Both the position numbers and the translations under genes were made by a program. Source: Candidatus Hydrogenedentota bacterium (GTDB taxonomy: Bacteria; Hydrogenedentota; Hydrogenedentia; Hydrogenedentales; SLHB01). From it: a DNA stretch of 64,000 nt. The notes beneath the pieces are model-generated. The model was not told where the DNA came from and made no database searches. It saw only the letters and a program-made list of their open reading frames with translations. The stretch spans positions 1 through 64,000 of the forward strand of contig BTVY01000030.1 in NCBI GenBank assembly GCA_045863335.1, in the 5' to 3' direction. Shown here in pieces: positions 27,147 to 37,254 of this stretch (positions within the stretch are counted from its first letter, which is position 1; every line of letters begins with the position of its first letter).

Positions 27147-29312
27147 CTAGAGTCCTATGGCCACGTGCACGGGTTGGGCTACATTTGGTCCCGTGAGCAG
27201 GAGCGTGGAGGATTCGGCATCCCAGGAATATTCGTACCCGGGGTCCGGGTCGAAGGTCACCTGCACGGGTTTGACCGGCAACAGCACGCGAGCGCGGGCG
27301 GTGGTTCCCGACGGACCACGCATGGTAAAACGGAACGCGCCGTCTTCCACCCGCGCATCGCGGACCCGGGCCGCGGCCGCGAGGACGGCAGGGCTGCGTT
27401 GCCGGCTCCGCATCCAATCCGCATCGACGAGCAGGGTTCGCTCGTTCGCGCGGAGTACCCGCTCATGGACGACGGGGAGTGCGGGATCGAAAAGGTCAAT
27501 GTACTGACCGGTAAATCGGACCTCGGGATCTTCCGCCAGTGTTTCGTCTAACACGGAAGCGATCACGTAAGGTCCACGGCGTACGCACAGATAGACTTGG
27601 GTTTCCAGGGATTCACCTTTGGCTTCGAGCATCTCGCGGACCCAACGACGCACGTTCTCCGCGCCTTCGACGGACTCCTGCAAGTCGCGGGGGCGCTCTT
27701 CAACAACACGAACGAAACCGTCTTCGACAGGTTCCGGGGCCGTGCGCGCGGCTGCGGTTACACCGAGCCGTTTGAACAAATCGTCGTAAGCTTTTGCATC
27801 GGTCTTGCCTTGATCGTTCCACCACTCGCGGACGTGATGGTACGGGTCTGAACCATCGTCGATGACGATCAGGCATCCGCCGGCGCGCACCCACGCATCA
27901 AGGGCGGCGTGGTACTCGGGTTTCAACGGCTTCTGATGTTCGTAGGTGAGGAGAAGCACTTTGTAGCGGTCAAGGCTCCCGGAGTGAATCGTATTCTCCA
28001 GTTGTGCGATTTCGACGGGCACGCCTACCTTCAACAGCGGCAGCGCCAAGGCATAGAACGATCCGAGGGATGCTTCGCTGGGTTCCGGCGCGGCGCGCTG
28101 AAACATCATGGTGTCGGAGACCACAACACCGATGCCTTGCGTGCCGGTTTCGTATTGGACCTCCGGCTGATCCATGTCGTTCAGCGCGTTGATGACGGTG
28201 AGCAACTGGGTTGCATAGTCTGAGGGGATTCCTTCGCGATCGCCGGACTGGGAATCCATATCGACTTTGGGGTAGGTACCCTGAAAAATCCGGTCGGGCC
28301 ATGGCATGACCTCGAAGCGGCTGACTTCGGGCCACATGAGGGATGCAATGACGGTGCATTCGTAATTGAGCTTGTAATCGTTCCAACTGCGGTTGGGATT
28401 GTCTTCCACGGGGTCGGCCAAAAACCAGACCTCCCGGCCTGTGGGACGCACCATGGCGAGCATCTGTCCGTATTCCAGGTAGGCGGTCTCGAAGGTGCGT
28501 TCCTTGCGAACGCCCTGGTAGGCGTTCTGGGAACGGGCCGTACCGGTCCATACCTGGGCGATGTAGCCGTCGAGTTGTGGGATATCGATGAGATGGGATT
28601 CGGGGCTCACGATGCGCCATTGGGCGTAATTGACGAGACTGTGCGTGGGGACATGGCACTCAATATCGATGCCCTTCTCCCTGGCCCGTTCATCCACGTA
28701 GGCAAATACTTCGCGTAACGCGTCAAAATAGAGTTCGTACTTCAGTTTGCTGGCGCGGTACTGCGCGTCAGGACTGGAATCGGGTTCCTGCCAGGGCTCG
28801 CCGTAAAACTCCTGCCACTCGCGCTTGAAGGCCTCGCTCCAGCCCGTGTTCGCCCAGAACTCCGGTTCCTCCAAAAAGACCGCGTGCACGCCATACTCCA
28901 GCGCCGGGTCGATGTACTGCTTGATGTACTCGACGTATGCGTCGGTGGGCACGTTGTATCCGACGGTGGTGCTGTTGCCGTGCATGAAGAGGCGGCCGTC
29001 TTTGGCGGTCTGCACTTCTTCTTTTTTGAAGGCATCGCCGCTTCCGTAGTAGGACCCGTAGGCGCCCCAGGCGATGCCGGTCATGAGGCTTATGGTATAG
29101 CCCTGTTCGCGCCAGCTATCCGCACGCTCGGCAAAGGTGCCATTGGTTCCGTACACGATGGCCATATCGGACCCGATGTCCAGTTCGGGACGGTAGCCGG
29201 GACTAACCTGGAACGAGGTGCTTTCGGGAGGCGTGGACTCCTGGGCGCTAGCGAACGGTAATGCGACCGCGAAGATGCAGAGCGCTGCAAAGACAAAGGC
29301 ATGTCTAAACAC
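27147..29312 (-). CDS. secreted hypothetical protein, probable glycoside-hydrolase-like TIM barrel plus GATase-like domain
   Basis: signal peptide ending ASA-Q; LEEPEFW, aromatic-rich core, YKVLLL...WVRAGG.LI trimerisation-like domain. Confidence 0.7.
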   Translation of the reverse strand: MFRHAFVFAALCIFAVALPFASAQESTPPESTSFQVSPGYRPELDIGSDMAIVYGTNGTFAERADSWREQGYTISLMTGIAWGAYGSYYGSGDAFKKEEVQTAKDGRLFMHGNSTTVGYNVPTDAYVEYIKQYIDPALEYGVHAVFLEEPEFWANTGWSEAFKREWQEFYGEPWQEPDSSPDAQYRASKLKYELYFDALREVFAYVDERAREKGIDIECHVPTHSLVNYAQWRIVSPESHLIDIPQLDGYIAQVWTGTARSQNAYQGVRKERTFETAYLEYGQMLAMVRPTGREVWFLADPVEDNPNRSWNDYKLNYECTVIASLMWPEVSRFEVMPWPDRIFQGTYPKVDMDSQSGDREGIPSDYATQLLTVINALNDMDQPEVQYETGTQGIGVVVSDTMMFQRAAPEPSEASLGSFYALALPLLKVGVPVEIAQLENTIHSGSLDRYKVLLLTYEHQKPLKPEYHAALDAWVRAGGCLIVIDDGSDPYHHVREWWNDQGKTDAKAYDDLFKRLGVTAAARTAPEPVEDGFVRVVEERPRDLQESVEGAENVRRWVREMLEAKGESLETQVYLCVRRGPYVIASVLDETLAEDPEVRFTGQYIDLFDPALPVVHERVLRANERTLLVDADWMRSRQRSPAVLAAAARVRDARVEDGAFRFTMRGPSGTTARARVLLPVKPVQVTFDPDPGYEYSWDAESSTLLLTGPNVAQPVHVAIGL

Positions 29313-29469
29313 GATAGAGAAGGCTCCCCCGTCAAATGAATCCAGATGCACCGCTGGTGAACATACCACGGCGCGGAGGGGCAGTCAACGGAGCGCGGCG
29401 GGCCTGGCTGGGGACATTCTTCCGTTGACTCGTTGAGACGGGACCTTGCTGCTGCTAGTATCGCTGGCC

Positions 29470-30675
29470 ATGGACGAACCGCGATTGCAGGTGAGCGACC
29501 GGCTGCGCAGGCTGATGGCGTACGACAAGTTCTCGGGGGAGGTGCCCCGCGTGCTCGTCCTGCGCGGCGAATACTGGCTCGACAGTGCGTGCGAAAATGC
29601 GGCGCGTTCCATGGGGTGGCAGGTGGCGCCGGTGCCGGTGGTCATGGAAGGGGTTTTGTCCAAGGAGCAGGTCGCCAAGCTCTTTGAATCGCTCGTGAAC
29701 CTCCGGCCCGACTTCATTCTGTCGATCAATCTCAGCGGTATGGACTTGGGCGGGCTGCTGGCGCGGCTTTTTGAGGACCTGGATATCCCGTATGTGACGT
29801 GGTTCGTGGACGACCCGCGCACAATCGTCATGGGGCGCGGCACGTACGCCACGTCGAACGCGCTGGCGTTGACCTGGGACAAGGCGTACATTCCCTATCT
29901 GGAGCGCGTGGGGTTCCCTGCCGTCCGGGCCTTGCCGCTGGCCACCGACCCCACGCTGTTCAATCGTCCGCCGCGTGATACCTGGGACTTCCCCCCCACC
30001 TTCGTCGGCAATTCCATGGAGACGTTTTCTACGCGGAGTTGGGCGGCCGTGTGGAAGAATCCGGAGTTGGCAGACCGGCTAACCGCTGCTTTCGAACGGG
30101 GGCACGTGACACGCGATCGGTTCGGGGAAGGGTTGGAGGCTATCCTCGACGCCGGGTACTGCGGAACGCTCGACTCCGAAATGCGGCGTCACGCCGAGAT
30201 GCTCTGCTTCATTGAGGGCACTCGGCGATTGCGTGTCGCACATGTGCGCGCGCTGGAACCAGAAGGTCTGCACGTGCGCGGCGATGATGGCTGGGCGCGC
30301 GTGCTCCAGCACGCGGGACCGTCCCTTGACTACTTCACGGAACTGCCGGAGTTCTATGGCGACTGCCCAATCAACTTCAACGTGACGAGCATTCAGATGC
30401 CGCATACGGTGAATCAGCGGGTTTTCGACTGTCCCGCGGCTGGTGGGTTCTTGCTGACCGACGCACAATCGGATTTGGAGGACCTGTTTGATCTGGAATC
30501 GGAAGTCGCCGCGTACCGTTCGGTCGAGGAGTGTGTTGAGAAGTTTCGATTCTTCCAGCGGCATCCCGGGGCACGGCTGGAGATTGCAGAGAAGGCCCGT
30601 AAACGCGTCTTGGGGGAGCATACGTACGCGCATAGGCTCATGCAGATCGTGCGGATCTTGCAGGACCGGTATTGA
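29470..30675 (+). CDS. CgeB/DUF3880-type glycosyltransferase
   Basis: WFVDDP, LPLATDP, FVG, NQRVFD.PAAGGFLLTD, HTYAHR. Confidence 0.88.
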   Translation: MDEPRLQVSDRLRRLMAYDKFSGEVPRVLVLRGEYWLDSACENAARSMGWQVAPVPVVMEGVLSKEQVAKLFESLVNLRPDFILSINLSGMDLGGLLARLFEDLDIPYVTWFVDDPRTIVMGRGTYATSNALALTWDKAYIPYLERVGFPAVRALPLATDPTLFNRPPRDTWDFPPTFVGNSMETFSTRSWAAVWKNPELADRLTAAFERGHVTRDRFGEGLEAILDAGYCGTLDSEMRRHAEMLCFIEGTRRLRVAHVRALEPEGLHVRGDDGWARVLQHAGPSLDYFTELPEFYGDCPINFNVTSIQMPHTVNQRVFDCPAAGGFLLTDAQSDLEDLFDLESEVAAYRSVEECVEKFRFFQRHPGARLEIAEKARKRVLGEHTYAHRLMQIVRILQDRY

Positions 30676-30738
30676 CCTGGGCGGCTCAGTGCTTCATGCT
30701 TTCAGTTGAATTTGGACCTTTGAGGAAGGAGTAGTCCC

Positions 30739-31845
30739 ATGATTCGCCACGCAGTTTTGTCGATGATACTCGCCGCGATTGTGTGTGTTTCCGCGCCGGC
30801 CCAGTTGCTCCCGGAGGTGGAGAACGTTGTTGTCTTCAAGGAGACGGACAAGTTCGCCGGGTGGCCCGCCAACAACGGGATGTGGGCCTGGGGCAACGAA
30901 ATGGTGGTCGGTTTCGTGGTCGGACAGTTCGATGACGAAAAGCAAGACGGACACCCCATCAAGCCACCCTCAACGCAGCGGCAGGCGCGTACTCTGGACG
31001 GCGGTCATACATGGACCATTGAGAAACCTTCATTTCTTGATGAGGACGAGAAGGAAGCGGAGCCCACGGCGTTGACGGAGCCGATCAATTTCACCCATCC
31101 CGATTTCGCCTTCAAGTTCCGATCGGGACAGGCCAGCTTTTACTACAGCCTGGATCGGTGCAAGACCTGGAAAGGGCCGTATACATTTCCGGCCTTTGAC
31201 CGGCCCGGGGTACTGGCGAGGACCGACTATATCGTCAACGGCGAGCGCGACATGTTTGTCTTTCTCACATCGCCGAAGGACAACGAGGACGAGGGCTGGC
31301 CGTATTGCGCGCGGACGCAGGACGGCGGGTTAACCTGGGAACACGTGGGATGGATTGGCGAGCAGCCGCCGGTGAACGGTTATGGGTACGCGATCATGCC
31401 GTCGACGGTGCGGCTAGCCAGTGGCGCGTTTCTTTCCATCATTCGGCACGGCGGCCAGTTCGACGGCGAGAAACGCTGGTGGCTGGACGCCTACCTTTCA
31501 CCGGACGAAGGCAAGAGTTGGTACCTCCTGGACAAGCCGTACATCGACAACGCGGGGAATCCTGCGAGTTTAATTAAGCTCGACGACGGCCGTCTCGCGT
31601 TGATCTATGGATGGCGGCGGGCACCCTATGGCGTACGCGCCATCCTCTCGGATGATGAGGGACAGACGTGGAGTCCGGAGATTGTATTGCGCCACGACGC
31701 GGCCGTATGGGACATCGGCTATCCGCGGAGCGCGCAACGGCCGGATGGAAAAGTCGTCACGGTTGTGTACTACAACGTCGCTTCTGCAAAGGAACGATTC
31801 ATCGCCGCGACGATCTGGGATCCGCCCACGGCACCGGAGGATTAG
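30739..31845 (+). CDS. secreted sialidase-like (BNR/Asp-box) protein
   Basis: signal peptide, GWPAN, Asp boxes TLDGGHTW, TQDGGLTW, SPDEGKSW, SDDEGQTW, DIGYP. Confidence 0.88.
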   Translation: MIRHAVLSMILAAIVCVSAPAQLLPEVENVVVFKETDKFAGWPANNGMWAWGNEMVVGFVVGQFDDEKQDGHPIKPPSTQRQARTLDGGHTWTIEKPSFLDEDEKEAEPTALTEPINFTHPDFAFKFRSGQASFYYSLDRCKTWKGPYTFPAFDRPGVLARTDYIVNGERDMFVFLTSPKDNEDEGWPYCARTQDGGLTWEHVGWIGEQPPVNGYGYAIMPSTVRLASGAFLSIIRHGGQFDGEKRWWLDAYLSPDEGKSWYLLDKPYIDNAGNPASLIKLDDGRLALIYGWRRAPYGVRAILSDDEGQTWSPEIVLRHDAAVWDIGYPRSAQRPDGKVVTVVYYNVASAKERFIAATIWDPPTAPED

Positions 31846-31915
31846 CACCTCGTACTTCGGGTCCCAAAGAAGTTGACGTTTGCCGCCGTGAACCACGCTT
31901 CGGCATGGGTAGCGA

Positions 31916-32145
31916 CAAATCCGAAATTCGAAGCACGAAATCCGAAACAAGCACGAATGACCAAAATCCAAAAACGGTCTCGCGCCGCAAGAGATTGCGT
32001 CGAAGCCATTGCCTTTGCGGATTCGATCCTGGCCTCGCGGAGATCCGGGCGCTTCAACGCGAATACGGCTGTGCCCGGCCAATATTCGTTTCGAATTTCA
32101 GATTTGAGATTTGTTTCGGATTTCGTGCTTCGAATTTCGGATTTG
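31916..32145. mobile_element. 230-bp non-coding MITE-like element with 35-bp perfect terminal inverted repeats
   Basis: CAAATCCGAAATTCGAAGCACGAAATCCGAAACAA at 31916-31950 is the exact reverse complement of 32111-32145; built of 7-bp units; mobility is inferred. Confidence 0.65.
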
Positions 32146-32178
32146 GTTCAATAGAGGACCATGTCTACAGTCAGCAAT

Positions 32179-33384
32179 TCACGTCGCGTAACGTTCTCGC
32201 AGGTAGGTTTCGAGATCCCTGAGACGATGGGCGTGGGTGTGGTGCGCGGCGATGCGGCGTCGTGCGGCGTGGACGATTGAGGTGCGGGCCTCGGGGTGCC
32301 TTTGATAGTAGCGCACCTTGTCTTCCAGTTCGTCCAGCGTGGTGTAGGTCACCGTCTCCGTTTCCGGGTCGAAGAACTCTTCCAGGTCGCCTTGCGCGTC
32401 CGTGATTAGAAATCCACCGGCCGCCGGGCAGTCGAACACGCGCTGATTAACCGAGGTCCGCATTTGGAGGCTGGTGGCGTTCAGGTTGATGGCCGTGCCG
32501 CGGTAGAAGGGCGCGAGACTGTCGAAATATCCGATGTCGCCGTAGCAGCGGTTGTGCACGGCCTGCCAGGCGTCGTCGCCGAAGACGTCTACACCATGCG
32601 GCGCGAGGCGTTGCACCATTTCCACCCGAATGCGGCGCGTGGCTTCGTAAACGAGACAGAGTTCCACATTGCGACGGTCGCTAGCATCGGCAGCGGACAG
32701 CAGCGCGGGATCAAGAATCGTCTCGACACCTTGGGCGAAGGCTTCGCGTGTGACGCGGCCCTCGTCAAACGCTTCCCGCGCGGCTTGCTTCAGGGCCGGA
32801 TTCGCTTCGAGTTTTTCCCACGCTTCTTCGGCATGCTCAATCATGGACACGCCCACGAAAGCGAGGTCGCGATCCCATGCTGCGGCGGGTGCGCCGTTAA
32901 ACAAACCGGGATCGGTCGCGTGCGGCATGAAACACACGTGCGGGAACCCGTGGGCTTCCAGGTGTGGAATGTAGGCGCGCTCCCAAGTGGCCGCGACGCT
33001 GTAAGGCGAGCCGTGGACGGTACGGTTAAAAAGGATCATGCGTGGCGTGTCGGTGAACCAACTGACGTAGGGGATTCGCGCGTCCTCGAAAAACCGGGCG
33101 AAGAGTCCCATCTCATCCATGCCGGCATAGTTTGACGTGAGGATGAAGTGGGGTTTGAAGGACCCCACGGTTTGGAACAGCGCGGCAATCTGGTCGCGGG
33201 TGAGCCCTCCTGTCATCACTGACGGGACGGCGGCGGTCTCCCAGCCGAGCGATTGCGCCGCGCGCACCCAACTCTGGTCGAAGAAGTACTGCGTTTCGAG
33301 GACCAGCATGCGCGTCGGGCCCGCGAACTTGGGATAGTCCAGGATGGCCCGCATGCCTTCGGTGATGGTGAGCCGTTTATCCAT
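32179..33384 (-). CDS. CgeB/DUF3880-type glycosyltransferase (paralog of 29470-30675)
   Basis: WFTDTPR, PHATDP, FVG, VNQRVFDCPAAGGFLITDAQ, HTHAHR. Confidence 0.88.
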   Translation of the reverse strand: MDKRLTITEGMRAILDYPKFAGPTRMLVLETQYFFDQSWVRAAQSLGWETAAVPSVMTGGLTRDQIAALFQTVGSFKPHFILTSNYAGMDEMGLFARFFEDARIPYVSWFTDTPRMILFNRTVHGSPYSVAATWERAYIPHLEAHGFPHVCFMPHATDPGLFNGAPAAAWDRDLAFVGVSMIEHAEEAWEKLEANPALKQAAREAFDEGRVTREAFAQGVETILDPALLSAADASDRRNVELCLVYEATRRIRVEMVQRLAPHGVDVFGDDAWQAVHNRCYGDIGYFDSLAPFYRGTAINLNATSLQMRTSVNQRVFDCPAAGGFLITDAQGDLEEFFDPETETVTYTTLDELEDKVRYYQRHPEARTSIVHAARRRIAAHHTHAHRLRDLETYLRERYAT

Positions 33385-33455
33385 GCCTTTGCCGCGATCG
33401 CCGGCTGATTCCCTGTACTACGCCAAACGTAGCAATCAAGAAACGCCGGGAGACG

Positions 33456-34823
33456 TTACAGAACCCCCCAACTGAGCGCCAGAGCCGCCAGGCTCAAACA
33501 GATGAAGAAGCCGCACATATCGGTAATGGTTGTAAGGATTGGGGCAGCGGCCAAGGCGGGATCAATGCCCATGCCTCTGATCGCGAGGGGCAGAACGGCC
33601 CCAACGCTGGTTCCGATCATCGTATTCGCGAACAGTGTAAAGGCCGCAATGGCCGCGAGGTAGAAGTGCCCTTTCCAAATCATGCCGATTCCAAGGATCA
33701 TGGCCCCAAGCACGATACCGTTGAATAACGCGACCGAAGTTTCCTGCCACCAGACACGCAGAAAATCCCGAGGCTTGACGAGCCCGAGGGACAGTTCCCG
33801 GATGCTCACGGCGACCGCCTGACTCCCGGCGCACCCACTCATATCGGAAATCACGGGCAAAAACACCGCCAGCGCAATCACCTGTGCAAGTGTCGATTCA
33901 TACAGCGCAATGACGCTGGCGGCCATGATATTGAGGAACACGTTTGGGGTCAGAAATGATAGCCGGCGAAACGCGCGTGAAACGATCGGCATGCTGCGGA
34001 GTTCTTCGCCGCCCACGATACCGCCGAAGCGCAAGAAGGTCCGTTCCGCAACTTCGCCGTGGGCCTCTTCCACGTCGGCCCGTTCAACGACGCCGACGAG
34101 CTTGCCGAAATTGTCGACCACGGGTACGCCGAAGAACATGTGCCGGTCGAAAACCTGTTCGAGTTCTACCAGCGTGGCATCGACGCTGACGCTGATGGGA
34201 TTCAGGATCTGGATCTTGGCCAGGGGTGTGCTGCCGGGCGACAGGACGAGATCGCGCAGACGGACCACGCCTACGAGATTCCCCTTGTCGGACACGACAT
34301 AGACATATTGCACACCGTAGTCTGAATACGTCTCGGCATTTTCGCGGAGGTCGTTAAGGACGTCGTGAACGCGGAGGGACTCGTTGTACGCGAGGTACTC
34401 CGTGATCATAAGACCACCCGCGGTGTCGGACGGGTAGACCAGCAATGCTCGCGCGTCTTGCGCTTCTTCCGGGCTCATCTGAAGCAAGATGGCTTCCAGG
34501 TCGCCGTGGTCGAGTTCGCTCAGCACGTCCGCGCGGATGTCGCTGTCCATCTCGTCCATGATGGCGGCGGCCTGGGGGACAGGCAGGTCTTCGATGAGGT
34601 CGGCGCCGACGGCTTCATGGAGTTCCTCGATGACGTCGGCCGCGTCTTCGGGATCGAGGAGGGTCAGCACGGCGGATTGGTCTTCTTCGTTCAACCGCGA
34701 CATGGCGCGCGCCAGTTCGGATGGCGATAGTTGGGCGAGGTAGGCGGTGAGGCCAGGACTATCCTGCCGTTCGACGAATTCCTCGATTTGTTCCCATGTC
34801 TCGATGTTTGGCTGATCCGTCAT
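33456..34823 (-). CDS. mgtE: magnesium transporter MgtE
   Basis: acidic N-domain, YP.DTAGGLM, CBS pair, FLPVISDMSGCAGSQ, DPALAA.P.LTTITD. Confidence 0.96.
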   Translation of the reverse strand: MTDQPNIETWEQIEEFVERQDSPGLTAYLAQLSPSELARAMSRLNEEDQSAVLTLLDPEDAADVIEELHEAVGADLIEDLPVPQAAAIMDEMDSDIRADVLSELDHGDLEAILLQMSPEEAQDARALLVYPSDTAGGLMITEYLAYNESLRVHDVLNDLRENAETYSDYGVQYVYVVSDKGNLVGVVRLRDLVLSPGSTPLAKIQILNPISVSVDATLVELEQVFDRHMFFGVPVVDNFGKLVGVVERADVEEAHGEVAERTFLRFGGIVGGEELRSMPIVSRAFRRLSFLTPNVFLNIMAASVIALYESTLAQVIALAVFLPVISDMSGCAGSQAVAVSIRELSLGLVKPRDFLRVWWQETSVALFNGIVLGAMILGIGMIWKGHFYLAAIAAFTLFANTMIGTSVGAVLPLAIRGMGIDPALAAAPILTTITDMCGFFICLSLAALALSWGVL

Positions 34824-34965
34824 CAATATTGCTCCGCATAGGGATTCAGAGACACACAGGGGGCACGCGAGGCCGACCGAACCGCACGCGATGAAGAGTG
34901 TAGCAAACGAGTAGGGACGGTTTCGAGGCGTATGTGCGTTTGATAGCCGAATTCGCGATCTGCCC

Positions 34966-35128
34966 GAAGAACATCCCCCTTGTCCCCTTCAAAGGGGGAA
35001 ACGCCGCAACGCCTTGCGTTGCTGCCCTAACCATCCGAGGCCTTCGAGACGCGTACAAAATTCTGCGTTATCTGAGTAATGCGTCTCAGCAGATTCCCCC
35101 TTTGAAGGGGGCAAGGGGGATGTTCTTC
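34966..35128. repeat. inverted pair of REP-like repeats (REPIN/MITE-like, 163 bp)
   Basis: 35-bp ends GAAGAACATCCCCCTTG(T/C)CCCCTTCAAAGGGGGAA are 34/35 identical in inverted orientation. Confidence 0.85.
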
Positions 35129-35310
35129 AGTCCGTATGTCGTGCCGCAGTGCTCATCTGATTGATGCTCGCGGCATCTCATACTCGCCGGTTTGAACGGT
35201 GGCGTGGGTTTGTCTCCGTTGATTGAAAAATGGAAGGCGGGTCGCGGCTGGCCTATAATTGGCGGTGGGAGTTTGATTGTGTCTACGCTGCATTGTAAGG
35301 AGTCCTGGCG

Positions 35311-36846
35311 ATGAGCCTGAATCTTGCCCACTATTTGGAGATGTCCGCGGAGTCCGTGCCGGATCGGACGGCGGTGATGCTGGACGAGTACCGGTTTACG
35401 TATGCGGAAGTAAACGCCTTCGCGAAACGGGTCGCGAACGTGCTGGTGGACAAAGGCATCGAGAAGGGCGACAAGGTCGCCATCATGATCCCGAACACGC
35501 CACACTTTCCGATGGTCTATTACGGCATCCTCAACGCGGGCGCGACGGTGGTGCCGGTAAACGTGCTGCTGAAATCGCACGAGATCCAGTATTACCTGGA
35601 AGACTCCGATGCGAAGGTGTTCGTGGTGTGGCGCGGCTTTTACGATGAAGCCGTCCAGGCCTTCCATGAGACGGACACCTGCCATCATCTTCTGGTGGTC
35701 AGCACGCCGGAAGATATGGAGTCGCCGCCGGAAGGCGAAATGCTGATGCCGCTGCTGTTGGGCGTTTCACACGAATTCGATCTCATCGAGACCATGCCGG
35801 ACGATACGGCGGTCATCCTCTACACGAGCGGCACGACGGGCCATCCGAAGGGCGCGGAGCTGACGCATTTCAATATGTTCTTCAACGCGTACTATACGAA
35901 GGAGAAAATCATTCGCTCCGGGGGCGAGGACGTGATCCTCGCCGTACTGCCTCTGTTCCACTCTTTCGGCCAGACCTGCATTTTGAACGCGGGACTCATG
36001 GCGGGATCGACGATCACGATGGTCCCGCAGTTCGACACAGAACGGGTTATCAAAACCATCGAGCGGGATCGCGTTACCGTCATTGCCCTCGTGCCCACCA
36101 TGTACGCCTTCCTGCTCAACGCCGCCGACCAGCATGCCTGCGACTTGTCGTCGTTGAGGATGGCGGTGTCGGGTGCGTCCTCGTTACCGGTGGAGATCAT
36201 CAACCGGTTCAAAGAACGCTTCGGCGTGCAGATCCTGGAAGGCTATGGCCTGAGCGAGACAAGCCCGGTGGCGTCGTTCAACGTGACGGACCGGCCCTGC
36301 AAGCCCGGGTCCATTGGGTTGCCCATCTGGGGGTGCGAGATGCGGATCATGCGGGAGGACGGATCCTTTGCGGGCGCGGACGAGGTCGGCGAGATCGTCA
36401 TCCGCGGGCACAACGTGATGAAGGCGTACTACAAGAAACCAGTGGCCACGGCGGAGACCATCATCAACGGCTGGCTCCATACCGGGGACCTCGGCAAGTA
36501 CGACGAAGACGGATACTTCTACATCGTAGACCGTATCAAGGACATCATTATCCGCGGCGGCATGAATATCTATCCACGCGAAGTCGAGGAGGTGCTCCAC
36601 GGCCACCCCGCCGTGCTCGAAGTCGCCGTCGTCGGCATCCCGGATGTCCTGCGCGGCGAGGAGGTCAGGGCCTATATCGCGCTCCGGGACGGCCATTCCG
36701 CGTCCGCAGACGAACTGCAGGAATACTGCGTCGAGCGCCTGGCGAAGTACAAGTGCCCGAAGGAAGTCGAGATCCTGCCCAGCCTCCCCAAGGGACCAAC
36801 GGGGAAACTACTGAAGCGGGAGTTGCGAGGGCTGGCCGCGAAGTAG
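35311..36846 (+). CDS. long-chain fatty acid--CoA ligase
   Basis: YTSGTTGHPKG, LPLFHSFG, EGYGLSETSP, GWLHTGD, DR.KD.I.RGG.NIYP.E, PKGPTGK. Confidence 0.95.
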   Translation: MSLNLAHYLEMSAESVPDRTAVMLDEYRFTYAEVNAFAKRVANVLVDKGIEKGDKVAIMIPNTPHFPMVYYGILNAGATVVPVNVLLKSHEIQYYLEDSDAKVFVVWRGFYDEAVQAFHETDTCHHLLVVSTPEDMESPPEGEMLMPLLLGVSHEFDLIETMPDDTAVILYTSGTTGHPKGAELTHFNMFFNAYYTKEKIIRSGGEDVILAVLPLFHSFGQTCILNAGLMAGSTITMVPQFDTERVIKTIERDRVTVIALVPTMYAFLLNAADQHACDLSSLRMAVSGASSLPVEIINRFKERFGVQILEGYGLSETSPVASFNVTDRPCKPGSIGLPIWGCEMRIMREDGSFAGADEVGEIVIRGHNVMKAYYKKPVATAETIINGWLHTGDLGKYDEDGYFYIVDRIKDIIIRGGMNIYPREVEEVLHGHPAVLEVAVVGIPDVLRGEEVRAYIALRDGHSASADELQEYCVERLAKYKCPKEVEILPSLPKGPTGKLLKRELRGLAAK

Positions 36847-36878
36847 GGGTTGCTCGCAATGGCCCGAACTTGGCAATG

Positions 36879-37119
36879 TCATCCGGGATCCAATAGGCCC
36901 AACAGAGCTTCAAGTCCACTGCCAACGACATCGACCGCGGCATCGAGTGCTTCTGGCGGCGCGCCGAGGCGGTTGACCCAAACGGTTGGGTAGCCGAACC
37001 AGCTTGCGCCGGCGGCGTCGCACCCGGCAAAGGCTTTGATGGCGGGGTTATACTGCGCTGTAGCATTCGGCGTCGCCACGGGATGAACGAGTGACGCGCC
37101 CACCGCGGTCGAGGGTCAT
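36879..37119 (-). pseudogene. haloacid dehalogenase type II (HAD) remnant with frameshift and large internal deletion
   Basis: AAGGAG RBS plus MTLDR start, then in another frame a signal-like segment and PAIKA fused directly to the C-terminal motif AFAGCDAAGA.WFGYPT.WVNR. Confidence 0.7.
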
Positions 37120-37254
37120 GGGAAAATCTCCTTTTGTGGGTCTCGCCGAATCTCTAGTCTTTGACCGGGCCTTGGTCGCCGAAATGTGTTCGGGCGTTTC
37201 GAGGGTCGTGCCGCAGCACATCCAGAATAAATACGCGCAGCTGATCGACAGGTA

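Noticed and set aside
34830-35310. M-box riboswitch upstream of mgtE
   Set aside because: No recognisable consensus; the structure there is explained by the inverted repeat doublet
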